Shown here piece by piece: positions 1-11,800 of a stretch of 64,000 nucleotides of DNA (position 1 is the first letter of the stretch; each line of letters opens with the position of its first letter). This DNA is from Lingula anatina (taxonomy: Eukaryota > Animalia > Brachiopoda), in NCBI GenBank assembly GCA_051362555.1, contig CM120643.1, positions 26,354,848-26,418,847 on the forward strand, given 5' to 3'. The position numbers were made by a program, and so were the translations under genes. The notes under the pieces are model-generated. The model was not told where the DNA came from. It worked only from the letters and a program-made list of their open reading frames with translations, and did not search any database.

Positions 1-289
1 AATCGATCGCCAATTCTAAACTATTCGGGATTTTTAAGCAAAAGGTAATTTGCTCGGACACACGAGAGTTTGCATTCGTTTTCGGGGCCAGCTGATTCTT
101 GTGGTGAACTGACATGCGTCATCTGGGATTTGAACTCGTGACTTGTAGTTGTCATGGTTTGCTGATGGCTTATATTTTTTTGCAACCAAGCACGCTGCCG
201 ACTACACCGTGACTGACCCACCCACCCGCCGTATGTACGAGTTTCCTCTTATAGTAACCAAACGCAATTTTTCGAGCGACAAAAAATAA

Positions 290-372
290 CATTGGAAATC
301 TCAGGATTCGAGCTTACACATCCGTGTCTACCTGTGCCCAAGTCGGCGACGTTACCACGGAGCCACAGACGC
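290..372 (-). mobile_element. Possible tRNA-derived SINE head
   Basis: Minus strand reads gtggctccgtggtaacg...gctcgaatcctgag, resembling Pol III A and B boxes; no complete cloverleaf seen. Confidence 0.35.
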
Positions 373-619
373 TTCGTTGGTTAGTTGTGGATCAAATGGA
401 AACTTTCTACTTTCTCACAGAGAGGGCCAGTTGGGCTGTACAGGTATGTATCTGCCATAACAATCAATAGGCCGTGAACAGCACTATGTATTTCATCCCG
501 CGCACCGCCAGTTTGTGAAATTGTTATCATCAACAACGTTAAAATTCATCATGTTCACGAGCACTTATTTGAAAAGCCGAAACGGAGGGTTCCTAGATAG
601 ATTACTTTTTTTACTATGA

Positions 620-909
620 CAGGCGCGGATCCAGGATTTTTGAAGGGGGGAGAGAATCCGCGAATGCGAAGTCGACCTCCCCCCCCCCCCCCCCCCCCCC
701 CCCCCCGTGGATTGGGGTCCGCTGAAGGGTCTAGAAAAATATTGGTATTTTTGAGTTCGAACGGTGGCACTTGGTACGGTTTAGAACTATATATGATTCA
801 GCTAGTCAAAATTCTAATTTCAAGAGGAGACCATTGTTGTGATATTTTTCAGAAATCGAAGGGGGGGGTCAGCCCCCCCCCCCCCCGACACCCCCTAAAT
901 TCGCCACTG
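620..909. mobile_element. Non-autonomous DNA transposon (MITE) with CAGgcGCGGAT...TCGCCACTG ends
   Basis: Imperfect TIRs caggcgcggat / aattcgccactg; related G/C-run-rich copies end at about 1129 and 2194 (aatccgccactg) and lie at about 15746-16043. Confidence 0.55.
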
Positions 910-1155
910 TTTGCCGTGTCACTTTACCGGGTTGCCCTTGTGGTGGGGTTTGGGGCCTGCTAAAAGGCCTCAAAATATTTTGGTGTCTTGTAGGTCATTT
1001 GGACCTGTTAAGAATTATAAATCAGCTAATTTAAACTCTTATTTCGAGAGGGGAATATTAGTGTTATTTTTTTCAGAAACCGCAGGGGGGGGGTCAGGAC
1101 CCCCCTGACCCCCTCTAAATCCGCCACTGCACACTCACTCACACACACACACATA

Positions 1156-1196
<41 letters not shown>

Positions 1197-3395
1197 AAAG
1201 TTACGCCACTTATTCAAAAATTTCCTCCAAAAGTTTGATATTCTGTGCTTACTTTATATTACACGTACAGAATACATAAATGTCTGTGTGTTATATATCA
1301 ACAAAGGTGGAAATGTGAATTAATGACATCATCCAAGTTATCTCCATGGAAGTTATTTTTTAACCTTAAATGAAAGGGGGAGGGTATAAACAGATAAATG
1401 ATGAGCATTTTTTTTTAGGTGTGCCTCATTTATTGCCGGACTTTTCGTAGAAGTCAACCCGCTTATCTTAAATACACACCTTCGCAGAAAAGAGATTGAG
1501 ATTAAATCGACACCGTCTCTATTGCATGTAGTCGATAACGAGAGCTTTTGAAATTAACTTTTGTTGTTCACCGCCGCATAGGCCAGCATATGTAGACAGC
1601 CAGTGGCTGGGTTCACAGGGTTAAATTCCCTTCCTAAGCCTTGGATGTACCCTTTCTACCCCCACCCCACCCCCACAAAAAAACATAACAACTGTAACAG
1701 GTGGTTATTCATAGCCATTTAGGTTAGCTCTCATTGGCAGACGACCTCAAGAGTTTACGTGTACCTACACAAGTTTCAAGTTATAATCTTCCTTATCCTT
1801 CAACTGGAGTCGCAGAGAGATTTTTTACTTGTTACCCACACGCATTTCTCTGGCTATTTACTAGCTATGGGCATTTCTGGCCGACGAGGGGTTTACTACT
1901 ATATTATCACTGGTCCCAGATCCAAGAATATCTGAAGTCTACAGATGCAAAGCCGACCCGCCCCCCCTCCGTTGGCGTGGGGTACGGGGCCCTCTGAAGG
2001 GCCCAGAAATATTTGGGTATTTTAGAACTCGAACGAAGCCATTTGGTATGGTTTAGAACTACAAATCAGCTAGTCAAAATTCTAATTCCAATAGGGGGAA
2101 AATCAGATTGATTTTTTTAAATCAAAGACTGAAAGTGTGTGGGGGGATTTTCAGGACCCCCTGCCCCCCCCCCCCCCCTCTTAATCCGCCACTGCTGGTG
2201 AAGAGTGTGAGGTGATGATGGGGGAAGGGGGGGATTACCGACCTGAATTTCCGCGGCACGAGCTGTAGCACTGCGTTCAGCTATACTACGATCTTTACCT
2301 CAGAGAGCTAGGGGTTGGTTCTTTTGATTTAACAGAAGAGAGTCAGGCATGATAATAATAACCCTATGGCGTAAGGTAGGGTACCACAGGTAGAATAAAC
2401 CAAACACCGTATGGACGACAATGTCATTCCCATGGTTACTGCCACAGGGAGCAGTAATACACCTTTGCTTCATTACGTCTTAAAATTTAGTTTTAGAAAA
2501 TAACTCCAAAGACATAAAGATTTTCTATACATGTAAGTTATGAAAACGAAATCACTTATTCGAACGGCAGTGAATCAAATATACGGACTGAATATGCAGT
2601 GTCCCGGTAGTGCAGCGCGCCTGATATTTTTAAAAACTATGTGCAGCACAACAAATGTGATTACATATTATTACTCAACATCAACTCAAAGACGATTAAA
2701 TCTATTCGTTGTCATACAAGGGGTGTTGACGGATATAGACAAGAAACAGACTGGGGTTAATCCACTTGAAGGTCATTTATTTCATTATCATATCCGGGAA
2801 AATGTTTATTTCGTTTCACCTGGGCTATGCCGGTGTGGCGTGATAGACCCGTGCCGTGACGAAACCGTTCTGCACATGCGCATTGAGGGTAGATTGAAAG
2901 AAGTTACTTCCAGTATGACGATGTCGTCCTAAGTAGGCGCTATGTTTGCACTGAACTTGGACCTAAGGTCCAAGCACTGAACTATGATTTTCCAATTCAT
3001 AATTTTGTGGTTTTCGTCATGAGAGAGTATGTATTTGATAATCTTATTACTACAGTATACGGGGGAATGTTGGAAGTGAGCTTTTGATCGTGACTGAACT
3101 GTTTTGCTCTGTGTAAAAAACGTGGCAGATCTAAGACTCGTAGTATAAATCTTTTCACTCTACAATGTTCTTTCAATTCAGAGTTCAGTCATTTTCATTA
3201 AAAATAAATTATGTGTTTGATAATACTACAACTTTCTCTACGGGGAAATGATGGAAATGCATGTGCAGCTACATACTGTAAGTCAACAGACTGCTACCCC
3301 GCGTGAATAATCCGCCAGAACGGTTTATTCACGACGACGGTTTCTTCGCGTGACACCGGCCACAGACAAAAAAATCTCTCAATAAAGCCAGGAAA

Positions 3396-3546
3396 TGAAT
3401 CACAAACACACGAAGGACTGTTGTGCGTGAATCACCGCCCGCCCCACTTCCTCGTATTTCCAGCGTCGCTCCCATAATTTATTAAGCGGCGCACTGTCAG
3501 ATGGGATTTCCCTACCCGGATGTTAATAGAGGGATTTTAATATAAT
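3396..3546 (+). promoter_or_regulatory. Candidate promoter of the RHS gene with kappaB, AP-1-like, GC-box, ETS-like and TATA-like motifs
   Basis: GGGATTTCCC at 3503-3512 (NF-kB consensus GGGRNWYYCC); TGAATCA at 3396 and 3428; CCGCCC at 3435; ACTTCC at 3446; TATAAT at 3541; CpG-rich patch. Confidence 0.45.
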
Positions 3547-3569
3547 GTCCTGTTTACACAATAGCATCC

Positions 3570-3723
3570 CAGTGTGTGCGAGACGCTGACAAGTGAACTT
3601 TAACTTAGACCCTTTTAGTGGCCGTTAAGAGAGCGCTGGGACATATTTTCGGAAAGAGAACGTGCAACAGTGACTGGTTGACGTGGTGAACGTGCTGCCG
3701 AGGATCGATCAGTATTATCAAAG
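3570..3723 (+). other. Candidate non-coding first exon of the RHS gene (start approximate)
   Basis: Strong donor AAG|GTGAGT at 3723/3724 downstream of the motif cluster; pairs naturally with the acceptor at 5878-5879. Confidence 0.5.
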
Positions 3724-5151
3724 GTGAGTTAAAAGGCATCGCGAGACTTGGACATAACTGGGCAGTCCAGCAATAAAGTGTATGGGTAATTCAGCCTTAT
3801 TTTAGTGCACGGAATTTCAGTGATTTATTATGGCGGGATTTTACTTATAAAGCTTGGATTTTGAAACTGTGTCTCATCTGTTTTATCTCATATTTTGTTC
3901 ATAATGTCGCTCATTTTTTGTATATGTCTTGCGCATGAGACATGAGAAATGACAGAATCAATGTCGCCGAAGTGCTCTTGGTTCATTATAAGTGTCTATG
4001 TCGGATGTAGTATTTTGGAGGAGGGGGAGGGGAGGGGAGAGAGACAGAGGGAGAGAGAGAGTCGTTTGCATGTATATCAAATATACTGGGGTAGTTAAGG
4101 GCAATTTTACCACAACATACAGAGCACGGGGATGTAGAAATCGCTTGGTGTAGTCTTGCAGTGTTTAATATACTTTTTACAGAGAATAAGAAGATACGGG
4201 AGAAGGAGGAGGGCTCAAAGGCAAGTGCTCCCCCCCTTTCCCAGGATGTGCCAAATTTGTTTTCATTGACACGTTACTGATATCTGAACGATGTTTATAA
4301 GTGATCATTGAAGTTATTCAAATGTGATCCATAAATGTTGCTGTTTTTTTAATAAAATAATTTAAATATCGAAATTTATCATCAACAGGTGTACGCGTTT
4401 TAGGCTTCCGTTTATGCCACATGTTATGTGCATATGCAAAGGGAAGCGCTTTCCGCATTAGGTTACATTGAAGTAAACAGACTGTAACAGATTAATCACT
4501 GGTAGAATTAAATGCATGCAGTATGCCATGTAAAAGCATTGAAATGTACATAAATATATCTCTTCGTGCGTGGTTATGTTTACTGAACTAAAACATTGTT
4601 GACACACGTATTATTTTGTATTATTGCCTGTGATTGGTCCTGTGCCATTAGTAGGGTTGGGCAAAATTTATGCCCTCCCCCTTTAAATATTCCGTGTCGC
4701 CGCCATATTTATTGTTAATTTATAAGACAAATCAGCTGGCTTACGAGCAGCAATTCAACATATGATGTATAACGGGCATAGCGGTTTAATTTAAACGTCT
4801 CTTTTTTAAATTTTTTAAAATAAATTTTCTTTTATTAGCATTTTTAAAATACTTTTTTCAACTTGTATTGTAAAGTCTACTGAACAAATTTGGATTTTAG
4901 ACTCAAAACAAATATAATATTATTATTCGGATAATTGGGGAAATTATAAAAAAGGAAGAAATTTCAAATCAACATTGCTGGCAAATTTTTAGGCTAGACG
5001 CATCAGCATCGTTTCAGAGGTCATTGGTAACTTTTTTCACAGTCACCAAATCAGTACCCAGTGCATTTTTTTCCATTTGGAAAAAAGATAGGTCCAAAAA
5101 AATCTAATTTACCTGAAGATTGGGGTCTGTGTCGCTCTTTAGCCAGCTTAT

Positions 5152-5348
5152 TCTTCTTCTTCATGTGCCATCACCGATTCGGTGTTTGACGAACGATAAT
5201 ATTCTGCCAAAGGGTTCTATTTCTCGCCCATGACCAAAGGTGTCTTGTTGGTAATTCAAAATTGTCAAGAAGGGACTTTCGATGTCTGCCTCGGGCACTT
5301 TTACCAGGTATTCTACCGCTCAGGCTAAGATCTTCTAATCCCTCTTTA
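5152..5348 (-). mobile_element. 5'-truncated RTE-clade LINE fragment with 27-bp TSD
   Basis: Direct repeat gtctgtgtcgctctttagccagcttat at 5125-5151 and 5349-5375; (GAA)n tail; minus-strand translation EGLEDLSLSGRIPGKSARGRHRKSLLDNF...ARNRTLW resembles the RTE ORF C-terminus. Confidence 0.7.
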
Positions 5349-5400
5349 GTCTGTGTCGCTCTTTAGCCAGCTTATATCTAATGATAAATGATGACCGTAT

Positions 5401-5447
<47 letters not shown>

Positions 5448-5899
5448 TGAACTTCTTTCTGGATAAATCGAGACCGTTCTAATATTGAAACGTGCTTAAA
5501 GTTACTGCTACAAACAAGCATATCTAAATGACACATTATTAGATGATTAAAAAGATAAATATAAAGGTAAAAAAATTAAACAGTCTGTACAGTAATGAGG
5601 AAAATGCTAAGAGAAAATATGTTACAATATGTAACATTTTCACATCATTATAACACTTGAGAAAAAAAAACTATTCATGTTTCAGAATCATCCACTTGCA
5701 TCCCATGTTATAGAAAGCAAATTCTGTTTTAAGAAGAAAATGCGGTTATTAAAACTCCTTAATCACACAATAAATTATTTTTAATCGATTTATCGATCTA
5801 AGTGATTTAGTTTGTATTTTGTTTGTCAAAAAACCTAACGGAGACATATGTACAATAATCTTATTTTCTGTTCTTCTAGATCCACCTCAACCAGCAACC

Positions 5900-8800
5900 A
5901 TGGCAAACAGAATCACTGCCCTGCTTTCGCTGCTGGTGTTCTCCTCTGGTGGAGGAGCCGAATATCTCGTTGGGAATCTTGAGGGAGAGTTGAATGTTGA
6001 TAAAGGCGAGGTCCACTACAAAATCCCGTTAGATTTGCCGCCAGGACCCAATAACATCCAACCAGATCTAGCTATGACCTACAGTAGCGGCGCTGGCAAC
6101 GGTCCTCTTGGTATTGGGTGGGGCTTGTCTTTGGACACCGCCATTGCCAGATGTGGGCTGACGATTGCTCAAGATGGTGAAATTCGTGGCATCCAAAACG
6201 ATCTGACGGATCGTTTCTGCTTGGACGGTCAGCGACTTGTACTTGTGTCAGGGACATATGGTTTAACTGACTCTGAATACAGGACGGAGGTGGACAGTTA
6301 CAGTAAAGTTGTAGCAAAAGGACATCACGGGTTGGGTCCCGACAAATTCATCGTCCACACCAAAGATGGACGGAAACTGACTTTTGGATCGTCCTTCGGC
6401 TCTAAATTGATCGGCAATGGGCAGCAGTGTGTTCATAAATGGTCGATCAGCAGAATTGAAGATAGATTTGGCAATGGAGTGGACATAACATACTCTCAAC
6501 CCGAGACCGAGGCAGGAGTTCTCCACCACATCAGATACGGCACTTCCGTTGTTGAGTTCCAGTACGAACTACGACCAGATAAAACCACCGCTTACCTTCA
6601 AGGAAATATTTTATTTTCACTCACCAAACGCTTAAAGGTGATCAAAGTTTTCAACCAGAACAATCTCATACGGTCTTATAAATATACATATCATCCGACC
6701 GGTTATGGCGGATCGAAACAGTCTGTTCTTACCGCGTTGCACATGTGCGATAGCCAAGACAAATGTTTGAAGCCTCTATCGTTCAATTATGGCAATACCT
6801 TGAACCTTGACTATACCTTTGAAAGGAGTACCCATAAACTGTACAAATACGGCAAAAATTACGGTTGGGAAACAAGCAAACATCCCCGTTTCATTCGAGA
6901 CATGGACGGCGACGGGTTTGCTGACATAGTTGGGTTTCCAAACTACGGGGTCTTCGTCTCACTGAACGATGGCAATGGAGGCTTTAAAACTCCTACGTAT
7001 TGGTCACAAGAGTTCGGTTACACCTCTGGTTGGCGGGTAGAGAACCACCCAAGACATCTGGCGGATGTTGATGGTGACGGTTTGCTAGATGTAGTTGGTT
7101 TTGCAAACGGTGGTGTATATGTGTCATTTAACACTGGTAAAGGACTTAAAAGTTCTAGACACATGACAAGTGCCTTTGGGTATTCAAGGGGCTGGAGGGT
7201 TTCTAACCACCCAAGATTTGTCATGGACATCAACAATGATGGGCGAGCGGACATTGTCGGATTTGCCAACGATGGGGTCTACGTTTCATTGAGCCAAGGA
7301 GATAATTTTGATAGTCCAAAGCTTTGGTCAAATCAGTTTGGTTACACCGCAGGAGGATGGAGAGTTGAAAATCACCCACGATTTCTTCGAGATGTGAACG
7401 GAGACAAGCTTCTAGATGTTGTCGGCTTTGCAGCCGATGGAGTTTACGTTGCACTTAATCTAGGATCATCCTTTGGTCCTGCGCAGAAATGGATAGGACA
7501 GTATGGGTACACAGCAGGCGGATGGAGAACCCAGCAGCATCCACTCTTTGTAGAAGACATCAATGGTGACGGGTTGGCTGATATCATCGGTATGGCTAGC
7601 GATGGCGTTTACGTTTCCTTCAGCACTGGAAAGTATTTTACAACCTCTCGCAAATGGATTGCCGATTACGGCGTGTCCGCCGGAGGTTGGTCAGTAACCG
7701 ATCACCCTCGGTTTCTAAGAGATGTTACAGGGGACGGTCTTTTGGACATCGTAGGGTTCGCCAGCAATGGGATATATGTATCTGAGAACACAGGCGCCAG
7801 TTTTGCTCAGAAAAGACTTTGGATATCGGCTTATGGAAAAACTGCCGGTGGTTGGACAACTGCAGACCACCCGAGACGAGTCGTAGATATAAATGGGGAC
7901 GGTCTTCCAGATATAGTTGGTTTTGCCAACCATGGCGTTTATACGTCCGTAAATAAAAATATGCTCCCCGCTGTGCACGGCATTCAAGACTCTTTGAACA
8001 ACAAAATAAAGATAGAATATTCTCCACTAGGGAAGGCTTTAATGGATGGGGCCTATAAGAGAGACTCTGATGCCGTCTATCCCCAACAAGACGTTGTTTT
8101 GTCCCGTCCTATAGTTAGAAGAGTTCTCAGAGATGATGGAATTGGTGGAGAGGCCAAGAACGTCACCACGTACAAATATGGCGGCTACAAAGTTGACCTC
8201 AGTGGAAGAGGCAGCCTTGGCTACCGCTGGATAGAAGAAACAAATACCAACAGCAAGATACAGTATAACGAATATGAACAATCCTTCCCTCTCACTGGCA
8301 TGCTGAAATCTTCCCGTTTAGATATAGCTGTTAGCAGCGGTGACGTACGGAAAGTGAAGTTAGCCACGTATTCAAATAATGTCACCATATTGTCCTCTGG
8401 TTCCCCTGCAAGACTGGGCGTCTTCCCCTGGACGCAGACCACAGAAAACTGGGACTTAAACTTGAAGTTGGTATCAACGGACGCAACGAGATACGAGAAT
8501 GCAGATGCTTTTGGTAACATCCGTTCAATATTAAGAACAATATCTGGAGACGGAGATGTTTTCGAACAAAAGACAGAAAATGCCTACAATAATAATGCGG
8601 CACATTGGTTAATTGGTCAGTTGATGGAGTCCTCCGTCACCCACTCAACACCAAGTTACTGTGACATGACCAGAAGGACGAAATTCGAGTATGACCAAAA
8701 CAGAGGACAGCTTATCAGAATAAGAAGGGAACCTGACCATGCATTAGAGCTTATGACTGAGTATACATATGATAAATATGGCAACCAGATTGCGCAGTCT

Positions 8801-11800
8801 GAGACTGCCGCCGAGTCCCCGCAACAGAAAAGGACAACGAGGAAGATGTACCAGAGCACTGGTATCTTCCCTGTTGCCACAATCAATGCTATGGGCCACA
8901 ATGAAACCTATGTGTACGATGCTTTTGGTAATCTGGAACGACTGGTTGGTGCAAACGGTCTCATCACCAGCTGGGAATATGACTCACTTGGAAGAAAAGT
9001 ACGTGAAAACCGTGCTGATGGCACATCTACGACCTGGCAGTATTTGTGGGCATCATCTCCCGTGAACGCAGCCTATAAAGTTACCAAACAAGTCAGCGGC
9101 CATGCTCCTGAAACTAAAATATTCGATGCCTTTGACAGAGAAATCCGCAAGGAGAGTCAAGGTTTTAACGGTACCATGATTTATGACGCTGTAGAGTATG
9201 CCTCCGATGGAAACTTGTACAGGGAATCTTTTCCTTACTTCTCTGTTTCTTCCCCAAAGTGGTCAGTATATAAGTATGATCTGTTAGACAGGGTTATCGA
9301 AAAGGAAGAGCCAGCGGGTGATAAGACAGCAATAACGCGGTATGAATATGATGCTCTTGTAACTAAAACCATAGATCCTCTGGGACATGCATCGAGTAAG
9401 AAAACCGATATCCTGGGCCGGGTTGTACAAGTGACTGACAACTTAGGAGGGATGGTCAAGCACCGCTACGATCCTCTGGACAGATTAGTGCAGACAGTAG
9501 ACCCCAATAACTATTCCATCGAAATGGGTTACGACATTTTAGGCTACAAAACATCCATGTCCGACCCAAATATGGGCTCCTGGGAATACCGCCACAATGC
9601 ATTTGGAGAACTGATCTGGCAGAAGGATGCTAACGGCAATGTCCTACAAGAGGAGTATGATTTACTGGGAAGACTGGTTAAGAGGACCGAGCCAGAGGGC
9701 GTGACGACATGGTCCTATGACACAAAGGAGAAAGGAATCGGGAAGCCAGGCCAAATTGACGGACCGGAAGGATTTCACCAGGAATGGGATTACGACGGGT
9801 ATGGTAGGGAAGTTTCCGTGTCGACAGTTTTGAATGGAACAACGCTAACAATGCGTACCACATACGATGCAGCCAGCCGTGTCAATAGCCAGACATATCC
9901 AAACGGAGCCAAGGTTTACCGTTGCTATAATTCAGTTGGCTTGCTTTCCAAGGTTAAGGAGGCTTCTTGCTCTTCAGCTGATACCACAGGGATGATATGG
10001 AAGGCTGTAAACTATGATGCCGCCGGTAGAATACTGGATGAAATTCATGGAAATGGCGTACAGACAAAGTATTCATATGACTCTGGAAACCGTTTGACAG
10101 AAATCCTTTCACGAAACAGACAAGCGCAGAAGATAAGACACAGCCAGTATGTATTTGATGAGAATGATAATTTAGTCAGCAGAAGTGACTTATCCCAAGG
10201 CACTACAAAATCTGAGACATTTTCGTACGACTCCCTTGATCGTCTTACTCGATCTTCTGTTCGTGATCCTGGCAACAGCTATGGCTTCTCCCAAAACTGG
10301 CAGTACGACGAGTCGGGAAATATACTTTCTAATGACGAGTTGGGACTTAACCACTTTCAGTATGACCCCTCAAGGCCGAACGCTGTCATCAGGGCGGGAA
10401 ACCACACCTATCAATACGATCAAAACGGCAACGTTATCAGGAAGGACGGGATTCACATCCGGTGGACTTCGTACAACAAACCAACTTCTTTTAACACAGC
10501 CTCTGGCCAGGTTGTGTTTAAATACGGTCCAGACAGAAGCAGATACCTCAAGATCAACCACGCCGGTGATAGAGTTGTCTATTTTGGAAAGCTTTACGAG
10601 CACCATACCGATTCGAAAGGCAGCAAGGCTGATGTTTTCGTTTACGGCCCAATGGGGAGATTATTGGCCATAAAGTCCACGAAGAAATTTAAAACTGGGG
10701 AAACCAACACCACCTCCTTTGTTCACAGTGACTATATGGGCTCCATAGATACACTGACGAGTCCTTCCGGGTCGGTGTTAGAACGTCTCAGCTACAACGC
10801 TTTTGGGAAACGGCGAGCGGGAGACTGGAGACAACGTCAGTCGGTGCGTCCTACCACTACCCAGCGAGGATACACGGGTCACGAGCACGTTGACGAACTG
10901 GGACTTATTCACATGAACGGGCGTGTCTATGACCCAGATGTTGGGCGTTTCTTAAGCCCTGACCCTCATATTCAGGACCCTTACGACACCCAGTCCTTCA
11001 ACAGGTACACATACGCGCGCAACAACCCCCTCAAGTACAAGGATCCAAGTGGTTTCTTTTTCAAAAAGATCTTTAGATCAGTTAAAAAGTTTGTTAAGAA
11101 GTACTGGCGTCCCATAGTAGCAGTTGCTGTATCCGCCTTAACATTTGGTGCTGCGACGCCGTACGCTGCTGCCTTTATTGCGGCTAATACAGCGTTGACC
11201 GGGACCGCAGCCGCCGTGGCCAGTGGTGTTCTCGCGGGAGCGGCATCTGGCTTCGTAGGAGGAGTGGTAAGCACGGGGAACGTAAAAGGCGGCCTGCAAG
11301 GAGTGGTCGGGGGCGCAATATTTGGAGGCGTGGGCGGCTACTTCGGGAGCACTTGGAACATACAAAGGGTGGCAAGTCAGGCGGTCGCCGGTGGAACCGT
11401 GAGTGAGTTAACCGGTGGTAAATTCGTGGACGGTTTTGTTATGGCAGGCGTAACCGCGACTTCGAGATATCTCTACAACAAGTGGGTTTCGTATGATGTG
11501 ACTTGGAAGAAAGGATCTCCATCTCGTTATAAGTGTGCAAGCTGCATGCCTGTTAAAGGGATGAACAACATCGGCACTCAGGGCGAAAAACCGGACACTT
11601 CGTGGTTTAAGGGGTGGAAGCCGAACTTTCAAGAGGGCGGCGGACTCAGTCGGGCCCTTAACAGGGTACCGGGTATCAACGCTGTCTCTGGACTACATGA
11701 CGTGTTCCAGGTTAAACTGGACCGCGTTCCGTTCTCCGTGGGAGGCGTGGGTGCACGTGACATTTTCAACGTTCCCGGCATGCCCGTTGCTGCTGTCATT

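Noticed and set aside
5819-5899. ORF-track N-terminal extension (MFVKKPNG...) of the RHS protein
   Set aside because: Starts at TTG and runs through a polypyrimidine tract and AG acceptor; ATG 5900 has Kozak context and begins a signal peptide
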